Below are positions 21,045 through 52,063 of a DNA stretch of 64,000 nt, one piece after another (position 1 is the first letter of the stretch; every line of letters begins with the position of its first letter). Made by a program: the position numbers and the translations under genes. Source of the stretch: Dissostichus eleginoides (taxonomy: Eukaryota); contig CM062276.1 of NCBI GenBank assembly GCA_031216635.1, positions 7,299,185 to 7,363,184 on the forward strand, in the 5' to 3' direction. The notes under the pieces are model-generated. The model saw nothing but the letters and a program-made list of their open reading frames with translations, ran no database searches and was not told the origin of the DNA.

Positions 21045-24000
21045 CTGTCCTGCTTTGTTATTCAAAACATTCTTTCTCTGTGTCTGATTACTGTAAACCA
21101 AAAGTGTTCCTCATTCTGTGAGATGACTAGTAAGTAAGATATGAACTGCGCTAATGGAAGATATTCCAGAGACTGCCTATCCCTTCTTTTCATTTGAAAT
21201 GTTACACAATCTGGTCGAGAGTCACAACATCATCTGAATATCTGATCTGCTTTTTGAATGTTTGTTTAGCGAAATACTTTTTGATTTTAGTCTTTAAATA
21301 AAGTTTGAAATGTTTTTGTTCCATTCAAATGAGATATTAAACAGCCGTTAGATTGAAACACGTTTGTCCTGTGAACCAATTCACCATTAAAAAGAGCTCT
21401 ATAAAACACACACTGTTATTAACACAAAGTATTCATGCATATTTTTATTCATTTGTGTTTCATTAAACCCAAAGTCTGTCGTTTTGTGTGCACTATACTC
21501 AAAAATAACCTTGCTTTGAAATGAGAAACTTTCTTTAGATAAGACTCATACGATAAGAGATGTAAAGATATAATAATAAATAATAATAATAATAGATTTA
21601 TTTTGTTAGCGCTTCTACAGGCGCTTTACAGAGATAGTGAAAAGAAAAGAACAGCAAATAAATATAGTTAAAGTCAAGTTAAAATCAAGCAATACAAAAA
21701 CAATCACACATTAAAAGCCAGATTGAAGAGGTGAGTTTAAGTACGTCTTTTGAAGGTGGTGAGGTCAGGGCAGCCTCTGATGGGTTGTGGGAGTGAGTTC
21801 CAGAGGGAGGGGGCAGCGACGGAGAAGGCTCTGTCCCCCCAGGTCCGGTGCTTGATGCGGGTGGGGATGGATAGGAGGTTGGCTTCTGATGAGCGGAGGC
21901 AGCGGGAAGGGGTGTGGTGGTGCAGCAGGTCTGTGAGGTAGGGGGGGGGGGGGGGCTGATTGTTGAGGGCTTTGTGCGTGATGAGCAGGACTTTGAAGTT
22001 GATTCTTTGATGGACGGGGAGCCAGTGGAGGTTCTGGAGGAAGGGAGTGATGTGGTCTCGGGAGCGGGTGTGGGTGAGGAGGCGGGCAGCAGAGTTCTGG
22101 ATATGTTGGAGTTTATTGAGGAGGTTGGATGGTATGCCGTAGAGGATGCTATTGCAGTAGTCAAGTCGTGATGTGATAAATGCACAGGAGGAGAGTGATG
22201 GGCGGAGACGGGCAATGTTTTTGAGGTGGAAAAAGGCAGTCCTGGTGATGTGATTTATGTGGTGATTGAATTTGAGCTGACTGTCGAAGGTTGCGGATGT
22301 GAGGGGGGTGGGGGGATAGAGTGTTGCCGTCAAGGGTGAAGTTTAAATTCTGGATGGTTTTGGTACGGGATGGGGGGCCGATGATGATGATGTCTGATTT
22401 GGCACTGTTCAGTTGGAGATAGTTTGTTTGCATCCATGCTTTTATTTCTGAGAGACAGTTGGTGAGAGTGGAGTGTGTTGTGGGGGTGATGGTCTTGTTG
22501 AGAGATAAGTTGGATGTCATCGGCGTAGCAGTGAAATTGAAGGTTGTGGCAACAAATTATTTTGCCAAGGGGGAGCATGTAAAGGATGAAGAGGAGGGGG
22601 CCAAGCACCGAACCCTGGGGTACGCCTTGGGACAGAGGAGCAGTGGAGGAGGTGCAGTTGTTGATGTATATAAACTGATGTCTGTCGGTGAGGTAGGATT
22701 TCAGCCAGGAGAGTGCAGTGTCGGTGATGTTGAGTGATGATTGGAGGAGGGACGGCAGGATGGTGTGGTTGATGGTGTCGAATGCTGCGGTGAGGTCGAG
22801 GAGGATGAGGATGTTCAGGTTGCCGGAGTCAGAGGAGAGGAGGAGGTCGTTTGTGATTTTGAGAAGAGCTGTTTCGGTGCTGTGTTGTGATCGGAAACCG
22901 GATTGAAATGGCTCAAAGAGGTCATTGGAGCTGAGGTGGGATTTCAGTTGTGAGGCAATGACACGTTCAAGTATTTTTGACAGAAAGGGGAGATTTGAGA
23001 TGGGCCGGAAGTTGGACATGATGTCGGGTGTGAGTCCAGGTCTTTTGAGAATGGGTGTGACAGCAGCCAGTTTGAGAGAGGGGGGAACTGATCCAGATCT
23101 GAGGGAGGAGTTAATGATGGTGGCGATGAGCTGGGAGATGGCAGGGAGGCTCTCTTTAACACATCTGGAGGGCATTGGGTCAAGTGTGCAGGTGGAGTTA
23201 ATTCCAGTCATGAAGTCGGACAGTTGCATGGGGGTCACAGGGGAGAAGTGGGACAGGGGTTGTGAGGTGAAGGGGGGGGAGCCAGGAGGGGAGGTGGGGG
23301 GTGCTGATGAGGGTGTCAGATTGCTGTAAATGTTGGTTATATGGTTGTATCAGCACCTCCTTAGTTAAACACAGCCACACTCAAACACAGTACATGTTGA
23401 TCCTGTTCTTTTGCTACTTTTCTGATCATTGACTTTGAACCTATTTTGCTGTTAAGGAGTCAGGAATTCTTCTTTGAGGAAACGTATTGTAATGAGATTT
23501 ATTAAACATGCCTCTTAATGGTTTCCGTTACAGTAAGAGCAGAATAGGACATTAAATACAACATGCACACCCAGAGTAAACTCATCAAGGTTTTAAGATT
23601 ATTTTACTGAGAGCTAATTATTATTAATCAGCACTAAAAACTATTACAATAGAACAACTAAAAACGTTTTCAGGGAGTGAAAATCCTTTACATTTGTGAT
23701 GTCACTGTACATTTGTAATTCAACATGTATATATTCAACTTCTTTTGTATTGCTATTTTATTGCTATTGAGATGTTGACATTTTTAAATGTTTATTTCTT
23801 GACTTTTAATTTTATTGTACAATGCCATGTCTTTTTATGCTGCTGCAAAACAAACATTTCCCAACTTGGGATCAATAAAGTACTTCTTATCTTATCTTCT
23901 CTTCTCTTAATAAGATAAATGAACGCACTAGTTTTTATTGAGCTATTTGTAGATATTGATTTCGTTTTTGAAAGCCAAAATGGGCCTCATACATTTGAGT

Positions 24001-25328
24001 TTATTTTCTCCTTAATTAGTATTTCTACCAATCCTAATTTAATCCCAATGAAGGGCTTTTCAAATAGTTTACAAAGTACTTTACTGTAATAAGCAGCAAT
24101 GCCTCAATGTATAAAACATTTGTTTACGAGCACAAGTGTTTTCAATACTGTAGTTTTATTAGAAAAGGTTAAAAGAAAAGTAGTCATACTGTAATATTTC
24201 ATCGACTCTCAAATCCAACAGTTTAGAAACAAAAGATCATAATTTATTTATTTATCATTATTGATTAAGTCGTGCTTCAGCTCTCTGTCCCGCCCAGTGG
24301 TGACTGTTACCCACAGCACATCTTTAATGAATCTCTTCGATGTTTAAATCTCCAAAATCCACTCTTTTTTATTTGTTTTTACTTCATTTGTATTTTTTCT
24401 TCCAAGATAAATTCGCACCGGTCCCTTTGTTTGTGAAATTGTTGACTTAGTATTTGTGTAAATGTGTCGTCAATGTCAGAGATTAAAAAAAAGTATTTGT
24501 CAGTCGTGTGAAGGGATGAGGAAATAAAAGTGTCGTTCAGTTTCACAATCCAATAAGTCTAATAATTTATTTGTTCTGTAGAAACCAGCACCATAGAGAA
24601 TATTTACCCATATGAAATACATACAGTGAACACATACAAATACGAGACGACAGAAGACACCGCTGATGAATACAGACACACAGAAATACATCGAGAAGTG
24701 ATATGAAATACAGCAAACCTGACATGAAGGAGTCAGGTTGAAGTGCATCGGTCAACATTTTCTTAACTGGATTTAAAAAAAATGAAATGATTTGACACCC
24801 AGGAACATTTAACAACAGTTTGACACAATTCCTGTTTCTCCGGTTAAAAAACCCACAAAGTCCCACGAGAAACGTTGAGGACTTAAATATAAATGTGTCT
24901 CACAACATCGATAAAGAAGTCATTATCATAATAGCAGCATCTCCACTGAACGGTATCTGACATAATTGGCAGCGAGGTCAGATGTTGCATTTCTTTTCCG
25001 GATGCCATGGCAAAAAGTATTTTTTATAAAAGGAGCCTCAGCTTTAGGTAGTAAAAAAGAAGAAGAGGAAGTTATAACTCCTACTGTAGATTTGAAAATG
25101 TAGTGGTAACATCCATAAAGACAGAAGTCCATAAATGCAGCTTTTTGGCGCTGAAGTTTTCTCTCAACACAATATCAGAACATTCTAAATAACAGCATTA
25201 TCACGTAACATTTCTACACACAGGGTCTTCACTTTCTTTACAGAAGCTAAACCCAAACGTTTGATGAATTGGTGTTTAAGTGAACCCAGAACAGTTCACT
25301 ACATTTCCATGATTAAATGATGGGATCA
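21045..25328. repeat. Segmental duplication copy B, paralogous to 905-4665
   Basis: Same alignment as copy A; copy B is interrupted by a 1.77 kb L2 LINE insertion at 21576-23340 that copy A lacks. Confidence 0.75.
21576..23340 (-). mobile_element. L2-clade LINE, 5'-truncated 3' portion, inserted into duplication copy B
   Basis: RT domain (22330-23238, minus: ...FDTINHTIL...GVPQGSVLGPLLFILYM...YADDIQLI), then after a frameshift the L2-type C-terminal region (21737-22333: [10 protein letters not shown]...[42 protein letters not shown]...[15 protein letters not shown]...). 3' UTR with an (AATAAT)n tail at 21576-21600. Absent from paralogous copy A (junction at 1834). Confidence 0.85.
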
Positions 25329-26099
25329 GACTTTTGTCCCAGTCGACCTTAACACTGTACATGCGTTTATCACATTCATGTTGACATTCCCAAATGTACT
25401 TTGAGACAAGCTGCACGTTATGCTGAAGCTAATGTTGGCTTTCCTTTAGGACGTTTACAACATTTCAACGTGCAATGTGATTGTTATTAATTAAATCTGC
25501 TTGGAAATAACTGGTCGAGGTTTTACAAACAAATGACACCATGTTCTCCTGCAATATTAACGGGGAAGTGGAGAGAGAGAAATCCAAGAAATGAAGATCA
25601 GTATTTCCATTTCTTTCCTGTAAAAACTCCTCTAAATCTTACAAACCTGAAGCTTGATAGCTGAGCCAGCACGACTCCATGATTCATTGATGTTTCACTT
25701 TTTGGCAAGAAAACTTGTCTTTGGCGATTTAAAATGTTGACTTTACCAATCTTAACCTTTAAACCACTTGATCCCATGACTGAAACCTTTGTTATACTAT
25801 ATCTAGTCTTCTGGAACATCACTTTTTTCTTTAGATGTCATGATATTTTATGTAAAAACTGCGGTCTCATGTGCCTGAAATATGCAGCCAAACACAGCAT
25901 GAAGAGAAGATCGCTGCATATCAGAAACTATACATTTTTAACAATAATTTCAAGACTTAAGTCTAACAGGAACACATTTAGCATTTTTCCATTAACATAC
26001 TAAACTAATATTTTGGCACAAATGGTTGTATATGATAATGTGCATATTAATATAAAATAAATGCCACAGGTAAACTGGATTGAATCTAGATATTGAGCC

Positions 26100-27130
26100 C
26101 GTCCTCCAGCATCACTTTGGATCGAGGTCTGGACCCTCTGTGCCCTCTCGCTCTCTCACTTCCTCTCCTCTCTCCCTCCTCTCTCCTCGTTCCCTTCCCC
26201 CCCTCCCCCTCCTCCTCACCTCCTGCTCTCTCAAACCTCCTCACTCGTTTCTCCTCCCCCCTCTCATCGTGAGGAGTCTCCTTCCCTCCTCTCCTCTCCT
26301 CCCTGCTGCTCCCTTCCTCCCTCCTCGACGCCCCTTCCTGACTTCTATGCGACTCCTTCCTCAGGTTTCCATGTTCCTCCCTTCTCGTCCCTCTCTCAGA
26401 CTCCCCTCCTTCTCTCCCTTTTGCCGTCCAGCCCTCCAGTCCTTCCCTCCTCTCTCCTCCTCCCTCCTCCTCCAGCTCTCCGACCTCTCGCTCTGTTTCC
26501 TCTCCTTATCGATATCTAAAGTTTCGTGTTTGCTCCCTCTCTCGCTCCTGTGGGGTCGATCTTTGTCGCTCCTCCCACTCTCCCCCTCTTGCTCTTTATT
26601 CAGCGATCTCCCTTCATGCTTCGTCTCTCTTTCCTCCTCTCTGCTGCTCCTTTTACTTTCTCTCTCCGGTTTTACCCTCTCAGAGTATTTGGAATCACCT
26701 GATCTGCTCTTTATCTCCTCCTGTTCTTTCCCAGCTTTATTTTTCTCCTTCTCCTCCGTCTTTTTATTTGCACTTTTGTCCTCTTTGGTCTGATCTCGCT
26801 TGCTCTCGTGCTTTTCTTTACCGGCTGTGATTCGGTTCTCCGCTTCTTTGTCTTTCTTCTTTCCTTTCTGTGATTGTTCTTTCAAAACCTCCTCTTTAGT
26901 TGCTTTGACACTCTCCAGTTCTGCTCTTTTGCCTCAGCAGAAATCTTCTCCATCTTGCTTTCTCCGTCACCTTTTCCCTTCTTACTCTCCTTCTCCGTCA
27001 TAGCATCCCTTTTTCTCATTTCCTCCTCTATTTCCTCTTTGTTCTTAATTCCCTCTCCTTTTTCGCTCACGCTCTTCTCCTCCTTTTTCTCCTTGTTCAC
27101 ACTTTCCTTCTCCACCTCTTTAATCTTCTT
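26100..27130. repeat. CT-rich (plus strand) / GA-rich low-complexity tract
   Basis: ~1 kb of cctc/ctct/tcct runs; its minus-strand reading gives the E/K-rich tail of APOL-like gene 1 and extends into its 3' flank. Confidence 0.85.
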
Positions 27131-27673
27131 CTGCTCCTCCACCTTCTTGTCCAGTTTCTCCTCCATGAGGTCCAGCTCCTGCTCCAGCTCCGCCAGCTTC
27201 TTGGGATCAGACTCAAAATCGTCGTCCACCTCTTCCTCCACCTCCACGATCTCCTCGAACTCCTCCACCTCGATGCCGTCCATGGTTTTCTGCAGCTGCG
27301 TCTTCACCTTGTTCAGATCCAGGAGGCCATCTTGTAGTTCTTTGCACACGTCCCTGATTTTGGTGGCAAATTTAGTTTTGGCGCCCTTGCGGAGCTCGTG
27401 AGAGTCTTTGGCGAGGAAGAAGACGTCCAGAGCGAGGAAGAGACCCGACATGACGCCCGTGGTGACGCTGATGGCCTGCGCAGCTTTAGCGGCTCCGCCT
27501 GCCACTCCCAGAACCTGCACGGTGCTGATCAGCTTGTCCGTGTTGATCATCAGAGCCTTCCCTGCGCGGCCGCCCTCCTTCATCACGTGCTTCAGGTTGT
27601 GGTTCATCGCCTTCTTCGCAGCGCTCTGTGAGTATTTCTCAAAGTCCCACTCCTGCAGGGTGGCCATACCGGC
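26882..27673 (-). CDS. APOL-like gene 1, terminal exon (C-terminal half of the ApoL domain plus E/K-rich tail, stop at 26882)
   Basis: Phase-0 join to the upstream exon; the tail is encoded by the antisense of the CT-rich tract. Confidence 0.65.
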   Translation of the reverse strand, partial: AGMATLQEWDFEKYSQSAAKKAMNHNLKHVMKEGGRAGKALMINTDKLISTVQVLGVAGGAAKAAQAISVTTGVMSGLFLALDVFFLAKDSHELRKGAKTKFATKIRDVCKELQDGLLDLNKVKTQLQKTMDGIEVEEFEEIVEVEEEVDDDFESDPKKLAELEQELDLMEEKLDKKVEEQKKIKEVEKESVNKEKKEEKSVSEKGEGIKNKEEIEEEMRKRDAMTEKESKKGKGDGESKMEKISAEAKEQNWRVSKQLKRRF

Positions 27674-29020
27674 CTACGAAGGGACACAGACAAGAAAGGA
27701 AAGTGAGAACCGTGTCAGAAAATATATATATTATTCAAAAAATAAATGTCAAGGGACACTACGAAGGTTGAAGTTCTTTCTGTGATTTTTAAGAGCTATT
27801 GCTCACTGGCATCACACCACTTTTTTCTTAGAATTCACCATGAATACATTAAAAAAAAAAAAAACTAGGGTTAAAGTTACTCTCATTTCAAGTATCTGGT
27901 GTTAAAACTACAGGATGATTAAAGTAATTATCCTGAATGAAAGAACCAGATTTTGGCATGAATTTCTGGGGAAAATAGTGCATGTGATCCAGAGAAAAAA
28001 CCACCTTACACCGTACAGTGTGTGTCTCTTCTCTCATATGTAGTGTTGGCAACGGCTAATAATCTTAATTGGTTAATAACCTTTTCAGTATGTTACCAGT
28101 TTTGCTACACAAAGCCACCATCACTCACATTTTAATCTTTAAGTTAATATATTTCCATAACTATTGTAATGTGAAATAAATCTACCGGCTAACTAAACTA
28201 TCTTCATGTGTAGTTCATTAACAAAGCTCAAACACACCTGTTGTATAACGTTCCTTAAACTCTTCTCATGTTAAACTCACAAGTCTTGTATATAAAAAAT
28301 GTTTTAGGCTTTAATAGATAGTTACAAATATTAACCAGTGTTTTTTTTATTTTTTTTTAACATGAAGACATATACATTAAAGAGATATATAGAATATTTT
28401 ATTCCATTCCATTTCTATGTAAATACTGCTATATTTTAAATTATTTTTTACTGTTATTATAGTTTTCTTAAATAGTTATTTTATGTATGCACCATGACAT
28501 CAAGTCAGGTCACCTGTTTCGGATTCTGATGACAGTGCTATGACCCTTGCTGCTCTACATTTATGGAAGGACTTGCAAACCACTAAATCTCAAACATGTC
28601 CTCACCTGCACGAACTCCATGCACTCCCTGATGTCCTTTATCTCCTCCTGGTATCCCTGGATCATTTTCTCCAGATTCTTCCGGTCCATGTTGGAGTGAA
28701 CTGTGTCCGTGATGTTGGCTGTTGCCGAGGTGATGCTGCCGGCCGTCGCCACGGCGATCCCCACCGCCGTCACGATAATAGAGGCGCCCATAGTGAAAGG
28801 AGCCAGAATGAGGCCAGTGATCGTTGCGATGCTGCCCGCCACACTGGCCACGCCCCCCCCCACCGCAGCCTGCACTGTCTTCTTGTGGAATTCATCCGCA
28901 GCGTCGGCCAGAGCCATCAGCTCCAGGATTCGATGCTGTAAGGACGCCCCTCGCTTGTTGAAAAGACGCACGAACAGACGGGCGGCCATGTAGACTCGAT
29001 CTGCCGCCTGCTCCATCATC
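26882..29020 (-). CDS. Apolipoprotein L (APOL)-like gene 1: two coding exons split by an 932-bp intron, with a long E/K-rich C-terminal extension; upstream exon(s) not found
   Basis: Exon 28606-29020 (acceptor tctctgtgcag|G, donor GTGCAG|gtgagg) encodes MMEQAADRVYMAARLFVRLFNKRGASLQHRILELMALADAADEFHKKTVQAAVGGGVASVAGSIATITGLILAPFTMGASIIVTAVGIAVATAGSITSATANITDTVHSNMDRKNLEKMIQGYQEEIKDIRECMEFVQ. Exon 26882-27673 (acceptor cttcgtag|GCCGGTATG) encodes AGMATLQEWDFEKYSQSAAKKAMNHNLKHVMKEGGRAGKALMINTDKLISTVQVLGVAGGAAKAAQAISVTTGVMSGLFLALDVFFLAKDSHELRKGAKTKFATKIRDVCKELQDGLLDLNKV... followed by ~130 aa of E/K-rich low complexity to the stop at 26882. Both halves are colinear with the single-exon paralog at 54149-55100. 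Confidence 0.7.
28606..29020 (-). CDS. APOL-like gene 1, exon encoding the N-terminal half of the ApoL domain (hydrophobic membrane-addressing hairpins)
   Basis: 415 nt (1 + 138 codons); starts in phase 2 at the acceptor, so at least one more upstream exon exists. Confidence 0.65.
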
Positions 29021-29103
29021 CTGCACAGAGACATGAGGGGAGGCTTGAAACTAAAGGTATGCTGCACTAGGTGAAGGTACATTTAGAAGCTTGTATGTCT
29101 AAG

Positions 29104-29638
29104 ACAGGGGGGGTCCAAACTTTTTTCACCGAGGGCCACATACAGAAAAAATACGAAGGGCTGGGCCACTTATAGAGGTGGGGTATATTGCCTCGTAAGT
29201 TAAGTTATAAATTAGCACAATGTAGGTAAATTAGGCTCGATACATGAATATGCTTTTAGAAAAAAGCAGCCTCACAGCTCTCCATAAGGTTTCATATATC
29301 TTGTTGGCAACTCATTCCTTAAAACAGGAGCCTCAGAGTGGTTATAATAAGGGGAAATATTAAGGGTATATTTCAAACTGGTTATGTAAAAAAGTTAATG
29401 GGCTAAGATTTGTCAGAAAATGTTTCCAACTTTAATTGACTGAATGTATTTGAAAAGTGGTCTTATTAACACATGAATACTACTGTGTAATATATTTTTT
29501 AATTTATATTTAAGAAGTACAATATAAGAAAAGCACAAGTTTCTTTTGTGGGCCGTATTCCATTGAATTTGCTGAGGGCCGATTCAAAATGGTCCGCGGG
29601 TCGCATTTGGCCCCCGGACCGCAGTTTGGACACCCCTG
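29104..29638. mobile_element. MITE, family C (TIR CAGGGGTGTCCAAACT...GGCCAAAT), 535 bp, between APOL-like gene 1 and the repeat-exon gene
   Basis: caggggggggtccaaacttttttcaccgagggccacatacag ... ggcccccggaccgcagtttggacacccctg. Confidence 0.7.
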
Positions 29639-30226
29639 AACTAAAAGTATGGTACACTAGTTACATTTAGAAGCTTTTGTGTCTAAGAAATAGCATTTTC
29701 CTATGTGAAGGTGTCCAAAGGGAAATGTGCAGGTGGTCACAGATAAATATGTACTACACCAAACTTTGACAAATATTGGACAATAATGATTCATTCAACC
29801 CTACTTCTAAAGAAAGCCCTTTATTAACAATTTCATAATCATACCAGCTAAAATAATTAAAGTATGCACCACAACACCAAGTCAAATTCCTCGTACGTGT
29901 CAACCTACCTGGCAATAAACCTGATTCTGATTCTGTAAACCAGCTGGACAATGTGGCCTAGAATTATTCATTATCATTCCACTTATTTTAACCCAGCAGA
30001 GCATAACAATAATCCCTCATTAGAAAATGTTTTTGATCATCTCAACCTGCAGCAGGAGAAGCAGCAGACAATTGATGATGGGTTCATGTTGGTTAGTTCG
30101 GGTTCATTCATCAAGCTGTCTCTTGACTTTTATGAGTCATTGAGCTTCCTGGCAATAGTGACAGTGCTTTCTATAGATGTGATGAATATTAATTTGAATG
30201 AAAATGTATTAAAGTCCCAAAAAAAC

Positions 30227-48415
<18,189 letters not shown>

Positions 48416-50613
48416 CCTGCCTGAAGAGACACAGACAGAGATGAAGAGTAAACTCCGACAGGAATATCACAGGTGTGTCACTTCCACCTGGAAAAGCCAG
48501 AGAGACAATATAATATAAATGTTTCTGAAATGGGCCATTCTTCATAATGAGTACTTTAGGTACTGGTATTTTACTTGTAACAGAGTATTTCTACACTGCA
48601 GTGTTGTTGGTTTTAATGTAGACAAATACAGTGTTGTAAGTATTCAGATTTGATACCAAACTGTAAAAATACTCAATTTCTAGTAAAAGAACTGCATCTA
48701 GAATGGTATTTAAGTATTAGTACGATTAGGAAAATGAGAGAGAGTAAAAGACCTCACTGCAACAACAACAAAAAAAACCTAATTTTAAATATTTAACAAG
48801 AACCTGGAACTGAAATATTTTTGGAACAGAAAATATCTTAATTCAGTTAATGTTACTTAAATATAATGTTGATGGTTTAATCTATACCAAATAAGCATAC
48901 ATCAAAAGTATTGTGTGCCTAAATCAGATTTTTTTTAAGTAACTTGTAAATCAATCTGTCAAATAAATGTAGTGGAGTAAAAAGTACAACATTTGCTTCC
49001 AAAGTAAAAACAAAAGTAGTAGAGAAATGAAAATACTCATTCACAACTAAAGTACAAGTACCTCAAATGTGTACATAAGTACAATCAATACTTGAGTACT
49101 TAGATACTGTGCACCTCTGTTAAAATATAACAATACTGTATACAGGAAGAATTGCAGGGTATATTGACAGTGTTCACTCTCTGTATGAAACATTTAGAGA
49201 AGTACTTTAATACACATTTCCTTAAACTGCAGTTTTTTGTCACTGTAAATTAGCCGTTATTAGCTTTAACGGCTGGAAATGTTTAGCTAACGTTGGCTAA
49301 CAGTGAAAAAAAAAGTAGTCGGCATTTAAACGGACGGTAAATTGTTAATTAAAAGCGTCTTGAACTGTAAATAACTGGATCAGGTTGAGGTCAGACTGAG
49401 TGGTTTCACTTACCGGAGATTTGGAGACAGTTATAGATTCATTTACGTTCAGTTTTTACTAACTAACATCAAAGCCTGGCAGTGATGGCTCCTTCACTGT
49501 CACAACATTCCCAGGAGTTTCTAAAACTATACCACACCCACAAAACACATCTGCACACAGGAGGCGTTCGAGAGCTCCTTAAAAAGCTCAGAAATCTTAT
49601 CTTCCGTATCTGAAGTCACATCCGATTTAACCTAATTTACTTTTTTCTCACATTAGTTCTGTTTTGTTTGTCTAAAGTGTTGAAAATCATCCTGAAAATT
49701 GTCCAAAAGGTGTTTTTAAGGAATTGTATTGATGAAATGCATGAAGTGCTCTGCATTTTCATTTTGTGGGTTGCATTGAACTATCATTTGTTCTATTTTA
49801 TATATTCTTTCTAATTGTATAGCGTTTCTTTTTTAGTTATTGCTCCATGTGCCTCTGCAAATAGCTCCCATGGGACACATTATGTATGTTGAATTGGGTT
49901 TAATAATGGTAAGTGTAGCCTACTTATCAAACTTACTTAGCAAAAAAAAGGTATCTTTCTAGTATCACATTTAATTCAGTTTGAATAACCAGCCCTGGTG
50001 TCAACATCCTGATGTTCATAGAAATATGTTAAATTACAGAAGCATAGCACTAGAGAAAAGCATTTGCAATTTGACTTGAAGAAAAAGTGTGCAAAAAATA
50101 AAAATATGCATTCTGAATCCTGTGGCACAGAAGCATGCATTACATTTATTTATGAAAAAAGATAATATGCACTTCACTGTCAGCGTCACTGGTTGACGCA
50201 GTTTCAATCCTCTCCACCTTTAACTCCTCATGTCCACTGCACAATACCATCTTATGTTGTCATGTTTCTCAACGGTAGTCATCGCCACATGAAGTAGCCT
50301 AACCAAATATTTCTGACTCCACCCAAAGGCAACAATTCTAACAGGTCGAACAAAGCATCTTAAACAAACCCAAACACGCCCTGAGAGCTTCTTGTTCCAC
50401 AAAACCTCACTGAAATCACCTGTTGGATAATAAGCCGACTTCCTGCCACACATATCATATCATCTCATTCACAAAATGTCCATCTGATACTTGTTTAAAA
50501 CATAAAAGGCAGCATTTAATGACCTACATCTCACCTGTTATTGCAGTGGGAGAAGATGCGAGGTAAGAAACCTTTGTGTTGCTTCTGGCTTTGTGAGGGC
50601 TGTCGACTCACCT

Positions 50614-50712
50614 GGGAGTGGGCGTGGCCTGTTTGAGTCTACCCGTGGGAGTGGGCGTGGCCTGTTTGAGTCTACCCGTGGGAGTGGGCGTGGCCTGTTT
50701 GAGTCTACCTGT
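50614..50712. repeat. 33-bp minisatellite x3 (gggagtgggcgtggcctgtttgagtctacccgt)
   Basis: Three near-perfect tandem units. Confidence 0.9.
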
Positions 50713-51854
50713 GTCAGTGGAAACGGAAGAAACGCGTTGCTGTGACTCATCGGTTTCACAGGTGAAAACAACCTGTGAAACTAAAACCCAAGCGTGATGC
50801 AAACTGCTGCTCCAAAAATAGAAATGTAGTCATCGTCTTGTCAGGACAACGAACACTTACACAAAATAACAATGAGTTCGACAATATTTTACATGTCAAT
50901 ATTATTTTGTTAATTTAATTGTTAAACGGATATATTTTTTTGAACATATCCATCTGCCTTTATATTTTGATTCATGGCTTGGTTTGATACGCATGTCAGA
51001 TGTGAAACTTCATTAACATGTTTGTCTTCTCTAGGTTGTGCCATTTAACTGTATTGACCACCAGGTGAAATCCAATTAAGGTGTAGAAACTTCCAAAAAT
51101 GATCAGGAGAAAGAGGAAGGCACTTGATGTCAATGTGATTTGTAAGATTTTATTTTTTATTAATTAAAATTGCAAAACAATTATAATCTTGTTTTATCTC
51201 TTATTGGTAAATTTGGGGCATAGTCAAGATTCATCTGGTAAAATTTGAGATATGTTTTGTTTTGTGATCTATTTGGTTTTTAAAATCTATAACACTCTTG
51301 TCCAGTTGTAGATGATATAGAAATACAAGCTTATATTATATAAAAATATTTATAATAAATAAAAATACAACAAATTATTAAATTCGATAAGAAAAAGATA
51401 AGAGGGAAATATAATGTCAGCATACGGGTTGTGAAAGAAATCAATGTGAAGCAGTATCGTTGTTTTAGGAAATGCAAAAAAAGAATAAACTGGCTGTCAT
51501 TTATTTTTATTTTCAATAGTACGACTACAGCATGGCACTTATTATTTCCTGATTGCTTATCAATGAAACTCACATTAGGGTGTACAAGAACGCTGTAGTA
51601 ATAGCCAACTTAAAACTGTTCAATTCAAAGAGCAACTTAAACACAAATGAAGATTTTCTTCAGACCTAAACTGGTTTATCACCTCTGCAGTGATGTAGCG
51701 TGACCTTCAGGGTGGGGTCAGCACGCTGTGATGTCACTGTTGGGTGTAGTAATGAGTGTAAGCAGGGCGAGGTTTCCGCTATATTTCGATTAACAAAACG
51801 GCATGTGTTGCTTCTGTGCCTTGAATCGACTGATCTATGTGGCTAAATAAATCT

Positions 51855-52063
51855 AACCCCAGTCTAATTATTACATGTTACTTGTTAGACGCTTTTATCC
51901 AAAGCGACTTACGTACTCAATACTGTGGGCAATCCCCACAGGAGCGATTTGGGGTGAAGTGTTTGCCCAGGGACACAACGACATGCTGACTGCAGTGGGA
52001 CTCGAACTTGCTATGCTCTGATTCGAAGATCAGCGCATTAACCCACTGCGCCACACGCCTCCC
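51855..52063 (-). mobile_element. tRNA-derived SINE with the conserved teleost core GGATAAAAGCGTCT / AAGTCGCTTTGGATAAAAGCGTC
   Basis: Minus-strand 5' end is tRNA-like (GGGAGGCGTGTGGCGCAGTGGGTTAATGCGCTGATCTTCGAATCAGAGCATAGCAAGTTCGAGTCCCACTGCAGTC, with A-box/B-box-like GTTCGAGTCC), followed by the widely conserved fish SINE core region. Confidence 0.75.

Noticed and set aside
26080-27401. Long plus-strand ORFs (237 aa and 175 aa) rich in S/L/P/F
   Set aside because: They are artefacts of the CT-rich low-complexity tract. The minus strand here encodes the real E/K-rich tail of APOL-like gene 1 and ends in its conserved domain.
50563-50578. A 16-nt plus-strand sequence TGGGAGAAGATGCGAG flanked by a perfect ...ttattgcag| and |gtaagaaac, possibly a micro-exon with an ATG
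   Set aside because: It is too short to evaluate, and there is no partner exon on the plus strand in the window. It is probably a chance splice-site pair next to the 33-bp minisatellite.
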